From an uncultured delta proteobacterium (lineage in GTDB: Bacteria; Myxococcota_A; Bradymonadia; REDH01): a DNA stretch of 33,707 nt. A model generated the notes under the pieces. The model saw only the letters and a program-made list of their open reading frames with translations, was not told the origin of the DNA and did no database searches. Positions 7,501 through 14,715 of this stretch are shown here, piece by piece (position 1 is the stretch's first letter; each line of letters begins with the position of its first letter). The stretch spans positions 1 through 33,707 of the forward strand of contig CAIQPA010000047.1 in NCBI GenBank assembly GCA_903873545.1, in the 5' to 3' direction. Position numbers and translations under genes: made by a program.

Positions 7501-8766
7501 GCGGGCGGCCGCAACGGTCCGTGCGCCTCCACCACGGAGCTCCGAAGCAGGGGCAGACTTGCTCTCCGCAGGACCGGCCCAGATGGCGTCCACCGAGGAG
7601 AAGGTATCGAGAATGTTGGCGCCGGCGGCCCGTGCGGAGGCAGGCAACTCGCCGCCGCCCATCGGCTCATCGAGCGGCTCGCCAAAGTCGCCCACGAGCC
7701 CATCGAGCGACTGGATGCTGCCCAGCGCCGCGCCGCGGTTGGCAGGGAACTCGGCAGACCCATCGACCACCGCATCGTCCGGCGCGACCAGCGTCGCTCC
7801 GCCGCGTGGAAGCCCCGCTGTGGGCGTCGGCAGATTCGAAAGTCCGCCAGCAGAGCGGGGGAGTTCCTCCGATGCAGAGCGCGGAAGTTCAGGCCCCGGA
7901 CCGGCGGAAATCGGCAGGTCTTCCACCTCGAGACCCAAGGCCTCCACCACGCTCAAATCAGCCTGGCCCAGATGGGTAAATCCGTGGGGAAGCGGTAGAT
8001 CTACTGTCTGCGGCGGCTGTTGCTCACGCACGGCCTCCATCAGTGCAAGCGGCGCGTCGGAGAAGGCGGTGAAGCCCTTGGGTGACGGGAGCAAGAGCGA
8101 CTCGCTCAGCGGCTCGTCCTCGAGGTCGAGAAGCTCCGGTTCCGCCTTCGGCGCCGGGACCTCCTTCGCCTCATCGGTGAGATCAAGATCCATCAGATCG
8201 GCAAGGATGGAGGCCTCGGCAGGAAGCTCTTCGATGTCGAAGTTCATCGTCGCGCCTCCGCTTGCAGGCGGCGCAATCTCGCCGAGAACCAGCCCCTCGG
8301 GCAGCTCCATGGCCATCGTCGCGGCGCCGGTCGGTGCGGTGAGCGACTCGAGTTCGTCGTCGCTCAATAGGCCGAGCGCATCGTCCGATTCGGAGGGTGA
8401 ATCCATCGGGAGGCCCAATGGCGCGCCGCCGAAGAGGGTCGCGCCCGAGGGGACCTCGGACGACCGGAAGGCAGCACCAAGATCGGGGATCGCAACGATG
8501 GGAATCCAGAAACGACCGTCGCGGGAGACCGACTCGTCGCCCGTGTAGCGGCCGGCACGGATGGCGCCGATCAGCGCGTCGGTGGCCATTGGGCCTTCGA
8601 CCTGACCGTCGACACCACGCACGGAGAACTGCTCCTCCACCGCCTGTGAAAGCCCCTCAAGCGCAGGCATGCCGATCACCGTCGCGCCATGGCCGCTCAC
8701 CGGTTCGTCGGAGCCGGCCTCGGAACGCTCTGCACCATCATTCGGTCCACCGTGCTTGGTCGCCAT
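4552..8766 (-). CDS. Large single-pass membrane protein: N-terminal GYF_2-like domain, long acidic region with ELP/DLP short repeats, one TM helix, and more than 800 aa of TPR repeats
   Basis: I place the start at ATG 8766, with GGAG about 12 nt upstream. The ORF stays open to 9144, but that part overlaps the divergent CPBP gene. GYF-like segment: 'GPMATDALIGAIRAGRYTGDESVSRDGRFWIPIVAIPDL'. TM helix: 'KKPWLAIALGLLVVGGGGYYGFTVY' (nt about 7118-7190). There are many TPR-like units (e.g. 'YLFELGRAHMENKSWQSARENFARAYDQAP', 'EAHYYGALCYLALP'). The stop lies 21 nt upstream of the J-protein start. Confidence 0.85.
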   Translation of the reverse strand: MATKHGGPNDGAERSEAGSDEPVSGHGATVIGMPALEGLSQAVEEQFSVRGVDGQVEGPMATDALIGAIRAGRYTGDESVSRDGRFWIPIVAIPDLGAAFRSSEVPSGATLFGGAPLGLPMDSPSESDDALGLLSDDELESLTAPTGAATMAMELPEGLVLGEIAPPASGGATMNFDIEELPAEASILADLMDLDLTDEAKEVPAPKAEPELLDLEDEPLSESLLLPSPKGFTAFSDAPLALMEAVREQQPPQTVDLPLPHGFTHLGQADLSVVEALGLEVEDLPISAGPGPELPRSASEELPRSAGGLSNLPTPTAGLPRGGATLVAPDDAVVDGSAEFPANRGAALGSIQSLDGLVGDFGEPLDEPMGGGELPASARAAGANILDTFSSVDAIWAGPAESKSAPASELRGGGARTVAAARAATVFGPSTVPSSAHLDDFDAPDAGAAHTDGGAPFLSGFDQPSELSGFDSYQPSPEGGDPWGEPVEGAEATDVPAGTDEYGEYFGSGTGQSTSARKVARPASNKKPWLAIALGLLVVGGGGYYGFTVYQQKQAEEAARLAAIEAAQNRVVEQPKIVLGQLSELESGSSKAYQTFVDNGRKVLSRGGSDEERARVMIAAALLLAEQPEQRDLFTDLEKWNGQLKSADAPLTRLARGAYLAMRRDETAKATLEGVSDPNLRAFASLFQAIGALQIYRGIDLTVPLVAPKAGKGAAGKPKTAAEGSGAAEGSGKPAAKAEGAAAAAAAVAAPGDKPAPATEAAAVPAAPAEAEIIRELPKGTIEALERAASLDPKFVAPHYWLGWVALSEREPAKAQLSFGKALELNPQHVRSVVGMAEAQLREAKLVDAETRVTRAIEDLAATMTKSERCETYLLAASIAVARMQPPLAIENLLSALQADPRNRRATRELGEQFFRAGEFDRALEHFRQNAALSAGDPESTLGLIKAQFGKKDWSALKKGLPPAIAQYPRDGRFLYWFGRVQEEEVEFDKARTQYEKAIQADPNFLQPYIRLAELDFRSNDLPSARKRLDEALGGGSTSSDLANDVGESFLAMGETNRAVAAFRAALTIDRSNPDARINLAGHFIETRQFGEALEELNEMIAAGVASPRVKLRQASAMIGVGEADRAIETLLKLIEAEPKNAAYLFELGRAHMENKSWQSARENFARAYDQAPTMDSALYHVGRCELELGHLNEAISALTRVSQRNPSGEYHYWLGKAMARVPGDQAMAEYTQAIDEDAAWSLENPEVFFDRASIYQARKQNSLAKLDLGVVLTLHPDHALASWLLGRVLYEERDFVGAIARLDHALAVDPKLSEAHYYGALCYLALPVPENGKALRHLEQAVAGGLADSNPRVLEKMAYAKAQAGNIAGAVSDLQRYLAKVPTLPSDQQRSYKNQIDRWRSNR

Positions 8767-8904
8767 CGTCGATTCCGTCTCCACTAGGTCGCGCCATCCG
8801 CCGGGGAACGCATCACCAGAAGGGCTCGCCTTCCAGGACGTCTGCGCGAGCAGACTACCCTTGGTGCTTGTCACCAACGGCGGGGCGAGCATACAACGAA
8901 ACCC

Positions 8905-9987
8905 ATGGAGTTGAACACAAAATCGCCCGTCGCCAGCCACCTTGGCAGCGCCGTGACAGCGGAGCATCCCGCACCGCCCGGGGGCCGCGAGCTGTTCGGG
9001 GCGACCGCAGGCCTGCTCCTGCTCCTCGTTGCCCTCGATCTCCTCGGCCGGGCCGTTGGATGGGTCGGCGGAAATCTCCTCGCCTTCGTCGCAGCAACCT
9101 TTCTCCTGCTCCCCGATCTCATCTGGCCCGCCGGAAGGAGCCACCCGAGCCAGGCCGACCGGCCGCGCCGCGAGCAGCTCCGAGGGATTGCGATGGGACT
9201 CGGGCTAACCGCGATCGTCTTTGCCGGCTTCGTCCCCGGCTACCACCTCTGGAACACCCACTTCGCGGGACGGAGCCCCGCGCCAGCACTCAGCGCGCTA
9301 CGACAGCCGGCAAACGAGCTGAGCCTCCGCCCTGCCTCCGCCCTGCCGACCGACCTCACCGTCGAGCGCGACGGGCGCGACCTCCTGCTGCACTGGCAGC
9401 CCGCCGCGGCCGCGACGCTCTCCCTGCAGAGCGATGGACAGCTCACGCGGGTTTCGGGCGCGCTCATGCCCATGCCAGCCGCCTCGGGAGCCCTTCACTT
9501 CGCGGTCCGGGCGGGGGAGCCGCTCGCACTTCGGGTGCGGGTGGAGGAGGCGCACACGGTGTCGGGTAGCGTCACCCCTGCGACCGACCTCTGGCTCGGG
9601 AGCGACGCCCTGCCCTCCGCGACCAGCTTCACCATCCCCTACAATCTGCGCTGGCTCCCCTGGATGCTTCTCATGCAGATCGTGCTGGTTGCCATCCCGG
9701 AAGAGACCTTCTTCCGCGGCTACCTGCTGCGAAGGTTTGCACGGCGCTGGCCAGGCGCCAGCTCCACCCGCTTTCTGCACATCAGCGCAGCAAACCTGGC
9801 GAGCTCCGCCATCTTTGCGCTCGCCCACTTCGCCATCGGCTTTCACCCGGCGCGCCTTGCGGTCTTCTTCCCATCATTGCTCTTCGGACGACTCGCTGAA
9901 CGGACGGGGGGCATCGCCGCCTCTGTCACCCTTCATGTGATGTCGAACATGATGATGCAGTTCGTCTCCACACAGTATCTGCCGTGA
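8905..9987 (+). CDS. CPBP-family (CAAX/Abi-type) intramembrane glutamic metalloprotease with a soluble insert of about 150 aa
   Basis: ATG at 8905, 360 aa. All three CPBP motifs are present: 'IPEETFFRGYLLRRF' (EExxxR), 'IFALAHFAIGFH' (FxxxH), 'TLHVMSNMM' (HxxxN). Three N-terminal TM helices are followed by a non-hydrophobic insert before the catalytic core. Confidence 0.85.
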   Translation: MELNTKSPVASHLGSAVTAEHPAPPGGRELFGATAGLLLLLVALDLLGRAVGWVGGNLLAFVAATFLLLPDLIWPAGRSHPSQADRPRREQLRGIAMGLGLTAIVFAGFVPGYHLWNTHFAGRSPAPALSALRQPANELSLRPASALPTDLTVERDGRDLLLHWQPAAAATLSLQSDGQLTRVSGALMPMPAASGALHFAVRAGEPLALRVRVEEAHTVSGSVTPATDLWLGSDALPSATSFTIPYNLRWLPWMLLMQIVLVAIPEETFFRGYLLRRFARRWPGASSTRFLHISAANLASSAIFALAHFAIGFHPARLAVFFPSLLFGRLAERTGGIAASVTLHVMSNMMMQFVSTQYLP

Positions 9988-10583
9988 GCGCCCGGAGCGC
10001 AGGCGTCATGCTGTTGACGGCGTTCGCTTTGGCGGGCTGCGGCCGCGACACCTCAACGCAGCCGGCCGCAGGCAGCCCACAGGCGCGCCTGCTTCCGCTC
10101 CCGAGGCCGGACGACACCTTCGCCGTCGAGCGCATCGCGACGGTTGACGGCCGCTCCCATACCTCCGCCGCGGTGGCGACGGTGAGCTGGCGCTGGTCGG
10201 CTGATGCGCCCGATGGCATCGAACTGCTCCGCGTTGAAGGGCTCCACACCGAACTCTGGTGGCGCTCCGATTTGGGGCTGGCGCTCTGGGATGGCGATGC
10301 ATGGCAGACCATCGAAGGCAGCGGGCCGGCCTCGGAGCCGGTAAGCAACGAGCGCGGTCAGCTCCGCGCGACCATCACGACGGAGCAGGCAACCGGTTCG
10401 GGCGAACGGGCCGACGGCTGCCTCCGGCTCCGGATCGCCAGCCGGGAGCGGGCCGATGAGGCCACCTCCGCGCTCCTCCGCGTGGAGGAGCGGCAGCTCT
10501 GTCCCGACCGGGGCGAGGTCAGCATCGAGCGCACCGGCCGCGGCCCGCTCGGCGAGCTCAACGAGCGCTGGGTCCGACGCTAG
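9984..10583 (+). CDS. Hypothetical lipoprotein, translationally coupled to the CPBP protease
   Basis: GTG at 9984 overlaps the upstream stop (GTGA). Signal peptide plus lipobox 'MLLTAFALAGC'. I recognised no other motif. Confidence 0.7.
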   Translation: MSARSAGVMLLTAFALAGCGRDTSTQPAAGSPQARLLPLPRPDDTFAVERIATVDGRSHTSAAVATVSWRWSADAPDGIELLRVEGLHTELWWRSDLGLALWDGDAWQTIEGSGPASEPVSNERGQLRATITTEQATGSGERADGCLRLRIASRERADEATSALLRVEERQLCPDRGEVSIERTGRGPLGELNERWVRR

Positions 10584-11650
10584 GGTCGGATGCGCCGCCA
10601 CGCGGCCGGCGGGAGGGTCTCGCTGGTCGGCGGCGACCCGACCGACAGCACACACTGCGCGCGCCGGTTGGCAGCCTCATCGGCGTTGTCGTCGGTCTTC
10701 ACCACCTGCCCGTTCTCGCCGAATCCGTAGACATAGACAGGCACCTTCAGCCCCCGCTTCATGAAGTAACGTGCGAGCGACTCGGCGCGCGCATCGGAGA
10801 GCTTGCGGTTGTCTTCGCCGGGCCCGACCGTATCGGTGAATCCACCGATGTAGAGCTCCACGGCAACCCACTTCGAGACCCGCGTGGCGGTCTCGGCGAT
10901 CTGGTCGTAGAACGCGGAAACAACTGGTAAATCTGCCTCCGGGATCACCGCGCTTCCTGTCGCGAACTTGATACCGGCAACCGTGTAGTCGACGCGCCAC
11001 GGGATGTACTGGCGCCCGATCCAGGCCCCCTCCTCCGAGAAGACCTTAAGGTCGATGGTCAGCACCTGGCCGGCCGCCTGCGCCCAGCTCACGGGAAGCC
11101 TCGTCCCCGCGGGCTCGCCCGCGAAGGCCACCGCCGTGTCAGCGAGGATCTCGCCCTTGTCACCGCGCACCACCAGCTCGACATGGCCTGCAGGCGCGGT
11201 GAGTTCCAGCACAAGTCTCGCGCCCTCCACATCGTAGCTGCCGGCGACCAGCGTGAAGTCGAGCGGCTTCACAACGGGCACCTCGAACTCCATGGCGAGC
11301 GAGCCCGGTTCACCGGCAAACTTGCCTGACACGAGGCAGCGGTAGGACTCCGTCCGGTCGGAGGCGGGGAACTTGAGCGAGTGGGCCTGGTCGGTGCCGA
11401 GCCTTGCCCTCTTGTCGCGGTAGACCTTCTTATCGCGGAGCCGGGTCACCTCGATGGTCAGGTCGGTAATCTCGTCGTCGGCCAGGACGCGGACCTCGAC
11501 CCCCTGATCCACGGTGCGCCAGTTCATCTCGATGGGGAGCCCCGCGGCGTAGGCAGAGGCTGCGCCAAGCGCTGCGTAGATGGGGATCGCTCCAGCGAGC
11601 AGCGCGCAGGCAAGCAGTGTGCGGTAGATGAGCCGAGCCAAGTGAGACAT
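10580..11650 (-). CDS. OmpA-family (OmpA_C-like, peptidoglycan-binding) protein with N-terminal signal peptide and beta-rich middle domains
   Basis: ATG at 11650 with GGAG 6 nt upstream; a GTG at 11662 is an alternative start. Signal peptide 'LLACALLAGAIPIYAALGAASAYA'. C-terminal 'GGFTDTVGPGEDNRKLSDARAESLARYF...EAANRRAQCVL' matches the OmpA C-terminal domain pattern. Confidence 0.85.
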   Translation of the reverse strand: MSHLARLIYRTLLACALLAGAIPIYAALGAASAYAAGLPIEMNWRTVDQGVEVRVLADDEITDLTIEVTRLRDKKVYRDKRARLGTDQAHSLKFPASDRTESYRCLVSGKFAGEPGSLAMEFEVPVVKPLDFTLVAGSYDVEGARLVLELTAPAGHVELVVRGDKGEILADTAVAFAGEPAGTRLPVSWAQAAGQVLTIDLKVFSEEGAWIGRQYIPWRVDYTVAGIKFATGSAVIPEADLPVVSAFYDQIAETATRVSKWVAVELYIGGFTDTVGPGEDNRKLSDARAESLARYFMKRGLKVPVYVYGFGENGQVVKTDDNADEAANRRAQCVLSVGSPPTSETLPPAAWRRIRP

Positions 11651-11668
11651 GCGAAACTCCACTGCAGA

Positions 11669-12079
11669 CTAGGGCGAGGTGACCTTCTTGGCCCAGGCGA
11701 GAACGGTATCGTGAACCTTGTCGCCGTTGGCCGAGAGCTTCTGGAGCTCCGGCGCGGGTGCGAACCGGTACTCCTCTGCGAGGGCGGCGAGTTTGAGTTC
11801 GATCGCCGAATGCACCGTAGAGGTGCCGGGACGACCCACGTTGGGGACCTCGAGGTTCTGCTCGGTCTCGAGCGCGAAGGCGGAGTCGACCAGTCGGTAG
11901 CAGCGCACATCCCAGCTGCTGCTGTCGACGAGCGGGTTGATGGCCCTGTCCCAGGCCTTCGCCTGGCGAAGCCAGACACGAAAGATCTGGCTGCCGTCGG
12001 CGGAGGTTCCAGTGAGTTTGAAACCGAGTTCACCCGGCTTTCCGCCCGGTGATTGGAGGAGTTGGAGCTGCTGCTTCAT
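11669..12079 (-). CDS. Hypothetical protein of 136 aa, with no signal peptide and no recognisable motif
   Basis: ATG at 12079 (MKQQLQLLQSPGG...). The longer track ORF, which runs to 12253, would overlap the upstream gene. Gaps to the co-directional neighbours are 16-18 nt, and the frame shows GC-rich third codon positions. Confidence 0.6.
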   Translation of the reverse strand: MKQQLQLLQSPGGKPGELGFKLTGTSADGSQIFRVWLRQAKAWDRAINPLVDSSSWDVRCYRLVDSAFALETEQNLEVPNVGRPGTSTVHSAIELKLAALAEEYRFAPAPELQKLSANGDKVHDTVLAWAKKVTSP

Positions 12080-12095
12080 CGTGTAACTTCGGCGG

Positions 12096-12689
12096 TCAAA
12101 GGGTGGTGCGAATCTGAAGGAGCTTGTCGTCCGCCACCCGATAGAGGAGCGGAGTGGCGCGCAGGCTGGGGAGCATCGCCTCGAGCCGGCGGCACTCGTG
12201 GACCACAAAGGCGACCACATCGTGCTGCTCGTAGAGGGTCGAGAAGCGGTCAAACTCGTTGTTGGCGAAGTCGGCCGTGCAGCCGCCGCGCGCTACGAGC
12301 CCGTCGACAAACTTGGCGCGCTTTCCGCTCACGCCGACCATGCCGCAGTCGGTGTGGGCCAGGAGCGCAATCTCCGTCACCCCGCCAACGGCCACCGCAT
12401 ACTGGACCTCGAAGTCGCTGTCGCGGAGCGTACCGCCGGCAGAGCGGAGGATGTAGGCAAATTCGTTGGGGATGATGAGGTCGGCCCGATGGTCCATGCA
12501 CATGCTGACGAGCAGCCTAGCCCGCGCAGAGGACAGTGGCATGGAGCCTCTGCTCTCCGGCAGGTTGTGCCAGCGGAGCAGGTCCCCCACGGCGGTGCTT
12601 TCGAGTTCAGGGAAGATGTCGGCAGGGTCGTTGACCTCGACCAGGCGAGGGTCGTTCGGGTCGAGGGCCGGTGCGTGATGCTCTGCCAT
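12096..12689 (-). CDS. Beta-class carbonic anhydrase-like protein (Cab / Rv1284-type)
   Basis: ATG at 12689 (MAEHHAPALD...). The zinc-ligand motifs 'CMDHR' (CxDxR) and 'HTDCGM' (HxxC) sit at the expected spacing. Confidence 0.7.
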   Translation of the reverse strand: MAEHHAPALDPNDPRLVEVNDPADIFPELESTAVGDLLRWHNLPESRGSMPLSSARARLLVSMCMDHRADLIIPNEFAYILRSAGGTLRDSDFEVQYAVAVGGVTEIALLAHTDCGMVGVSGKRAKFVDGLVARGGCTADFANNEFDRFSTLYEQHDVVAFVVHECRRLEAMLPSLRATPLLYRVADDKLLQIRTTL

Positions 12690-12810
12690 GGCGGACGTGC
12701 GTAGCGGAAGGGAGGAAGCGTGCGGGCGGCATGGAGGGCCGTTTCGGGATTGCATCAACACGCCACGCGTGAAAGAGAGGGCCGCTCCCGAGCCTGCTGA
12801 GTTACCTTAC

Positions 12811-13836
12811 ATGAGACGACCCTCGCCGCAACAGCATCGCACCCTTGTCGCAGCCCTTGCAGTCGCGCTGCTTCTGGCCGTCGTGGGTTGCAGAAAGGAG
12901 CCGAAGCATCCGCCACCGCAGCCTCCGCCGGCGATGCCGGCCCGCTCGTCTGCGCTGCCGCTGCAGGCCATTTTGCCGCGTGGCGTCACTGCGGCGGCCT
13001 GGCTCGACCTGGCTGCGGTCCGGCGCGACCCGCGGCTGCAGCGCGTCTGGCAGGAGGTCGGGATGCCGGGAGGCGCGAGCCGAGAGGGCGACCGCGAACG
13101 GCTGATGTCGCAGGCCTCGGAACTCGTCGTCGCCTGGTATGGCATGGACGGCTCGCGTCCGCTCCGGCTCCTGCGCGGCGCCTTTGCGCCACCTCTCGCG
13201 GCAGACGGTGAAGGCAGCGGCCACAAGCCAACGCCCGACTGGCGGGTCTGGAGCCCGACCGAAGACCTGCTCATCGCCGGCGACCCTGAACTCGTGCTTC
13301 AGTCCGGCGCTCGGATACGCATCGCGCAGCCCGGCACAGACGAGGCCTGGCGCGCCGCCGTGGCCGGCCCACCCGCCGTTGCCAGAGCCGTCTTCGTTGC
13401 CGACCCCGCGCACGCCATCTGGCTAGCCACCCAGGTGGACTACAAGGAGATCACCGATCGCGCCGCCGATATCGCCCGCATCGAGGCCTCCGCCACGCTC
13501 GGGCTCGGGCTAGACCTGGTCGTCTCTGTTGTCCCGACGCAGCCAGCACTCGGAGCGCGGGCTGCCGAGCTGGTCGCCGCGCTGCTTGCGGTAGCGCGCG
13601 GTCTCGTCGAGCGATCGGAGGGTTCAGCGGGTTCCGGCGAGCCGGGGCTGATGGCGGGATTGCTGACCGCGGTCCGCGTGGCGGCGCCCGCTGCAGACGG
13701 CAGTGTCGCCCTCTCGCTCGAGGTCAGCGGCACCACCCTCGACCGCCTCGTGGAGGGACTGCTCACCTCTCCGCCGCCGGTGAAAGCACCCGCCACCCCG
13801 CCCCAGCCCCTACCGACACCTCCCGTGAGACCATGA
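12811..13836 (+). CDS. Hypothetical lipoprotein
   Basis: ATG at 12811. Signal peptide plus lipobox 'LAVALLLAVVGC'. The stop overlaps the next start (ATGA at 13833). Confidence 0.7.
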   Translation: MRRPSPQQHRTLVAALAVALLLAVVGCRKEPKHPPPQPPPAMPARSSALPLQAILPRGVTAAAWLDLAAVRRDPRLQRVWQEVGMPGGASREGDRERLMSQASELVVAWYGMDGSRPLRLLRGAFAPPLAADGEGSGHKPTPDWRVWSPTEDLLIAGDPELVLQSGARIRIAQPGTDEAWRAAVAGPPAVARAVFVADPAHAIWLATQVDYKEITDRAADIARIEASATLGLGLDLVVSVVPTQPALGARAAELVAALLAVARGLVERSEGSAGSGEPGLMAGLLTAVRVAAPAADGSVALSLEVSGTTLDRLVEGLLTSPPPVKAPATPPQPLPTPPVRP

Positions 13837-14591
13837 GCTGCACGCCCCGCGAACTCGAAGCCTACCTTGCCACGCTCCTCGGCGTGGGCGCCTTTGCCGA
13901 CTACTGCCCCAACGGCCTGCAGGTCGAAGGTGGACGGCAGATCCAGCGCCTCGCCGTAGGCGTGACCGCAAACCTCGCCCTCCTCGAGGCCGCGCGCGAG
14001 GCAGAGGCCGACGCCATCCTGGTGCACCACGGCCTGTTCTGGAACAAGGACCCCCGCGTACTCACCGGCTGGCGGGCTGCGCGGGTGCGGAGCCTCATGC
14101 AGGCAGACCAGTCACTGTTTGCCTACCACCTGCCGCTCGACGCCCACGCCGACTTCGGCAACAACGCAGGCATGCTCCGAGCGATGGCGCTGGAGCCGAC
14201 CGAGCCACTCACGGTTGACGGCGTGGCGCTCGGCTTCATCAGCAGGCTCTCCGCCCCCATGATGGCGCTGAACATCGTCGAGCGGATTGAGGCTGTCACG
14301 AGCCGGGAGCCGCTCGTCTTCGGCGACCCGGACCAGTTGGTTGGCACCATCGGGATGCTCTCCGGCGGAGGCGCGAGCTACTTCGAGGCAGCGCGCCGCG
14401 CGGGCGTCGACCTCTTCATCACGGGCGAGGCGGCCGAGTCGAGCCAGGCGATGAGCGAAGAGCTGGGTGGGATGTTCGTCGCCGCGGGTCACCATGCGAC
14501 GGAGCGGTTCGGGGTGGAGCTGCTGGGCAGGCACCTGGCGCAGACCTTTGGCGTCGAACTGCTGGTCATCGACATCGACAACCCGGTCTGA
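13833..14591 (+). CDS. NIF3-family dinuclear metal-centre protein (YbgI-like)
   Basis: The protein aligns by eye along its full length with E. coli YbgI: 'DYCPNGLQVEG', 'GVTANLALLEAA', 'DAILVHHGLFW', 'YHLPLDAH...GNNA', 'AAGHHATERFG'. Confidence 0.9.
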   Translation: MSCTPRELEAYLATLLGVGAFADYCPNGLQVEGGRQIQRLAVGVTANLALLEAAREAEADAILVHHGLFWNKDPRVLTGWRAARVRSLMQADQSLFAYHLPLDAHADFGNNAGMLRAMALEPTEPLTVDGVALGFISRLSAPMMALNIVERIEAVTSREPLVFGDPDQLVGTIGMLSGGGASYFEAARRAGVDLFITGEAAESSQAMSEELGGMFVAAGHHATERFGVELLGRHLAQTFGVELLVIDIDNPV

Positions 14592-14715
14592 GGCTCGAGC
14601 GGTCGCAGGAAGGATCGCCCGCGAAACAAAACGGGCGCGGGGGTCGTTGCCCTTGTCGGCTTGCTTCAATAGGGTAGACCGACGCCCCGATCTTGGGGGT
14701 AGAAACGAGATTGCC

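Noticed and set aside
4549-7998. Very long plus-strand ORF (1149 aa) antisense to the TPR/GYF gene
   Set aside because: Its translation is Arg/Leu/Gly-rich with no recognisable domain, whereas the minus strand encodes clear TPR, TM and GYF features. Long stop-free antisense frames are expected in high-GC DNA, so this is a shadow ORF.
8767-9144. N-terminal extension of the TPR/GYF ORF up to 9144
   Set aside because: It would overlap the divergent CPBP gene by about 240 nt and encodes Cys/Gly/Glu-rich sequence with no features. The ATG at 8766 has a GGAG upstream and leaves a normal 138-bp divergent intergenic region.
12688-12810. Upstream extensions of track ORFs: 12688 for the lipoprotein, 14467 for the S41 peptidase, 21980 for astA, 12253 for the 136-aa ORF, 12761 for the CA-like gene
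   Set aside because: Each extension overlaps the neighbouring gene or its start. The internal ATGs give proper signal peptides or lipoboxes, or N-termini that align with homologues.
14616-14637. Short hairpin CGCCCG-N10-CGGGCG after nif3 as a terminator
   Set aside because: It has only a 6-bp stem with a 10-nt loop and no U-tract, which is too weak to call. It may simply be part of the S41 gene's 5' region.
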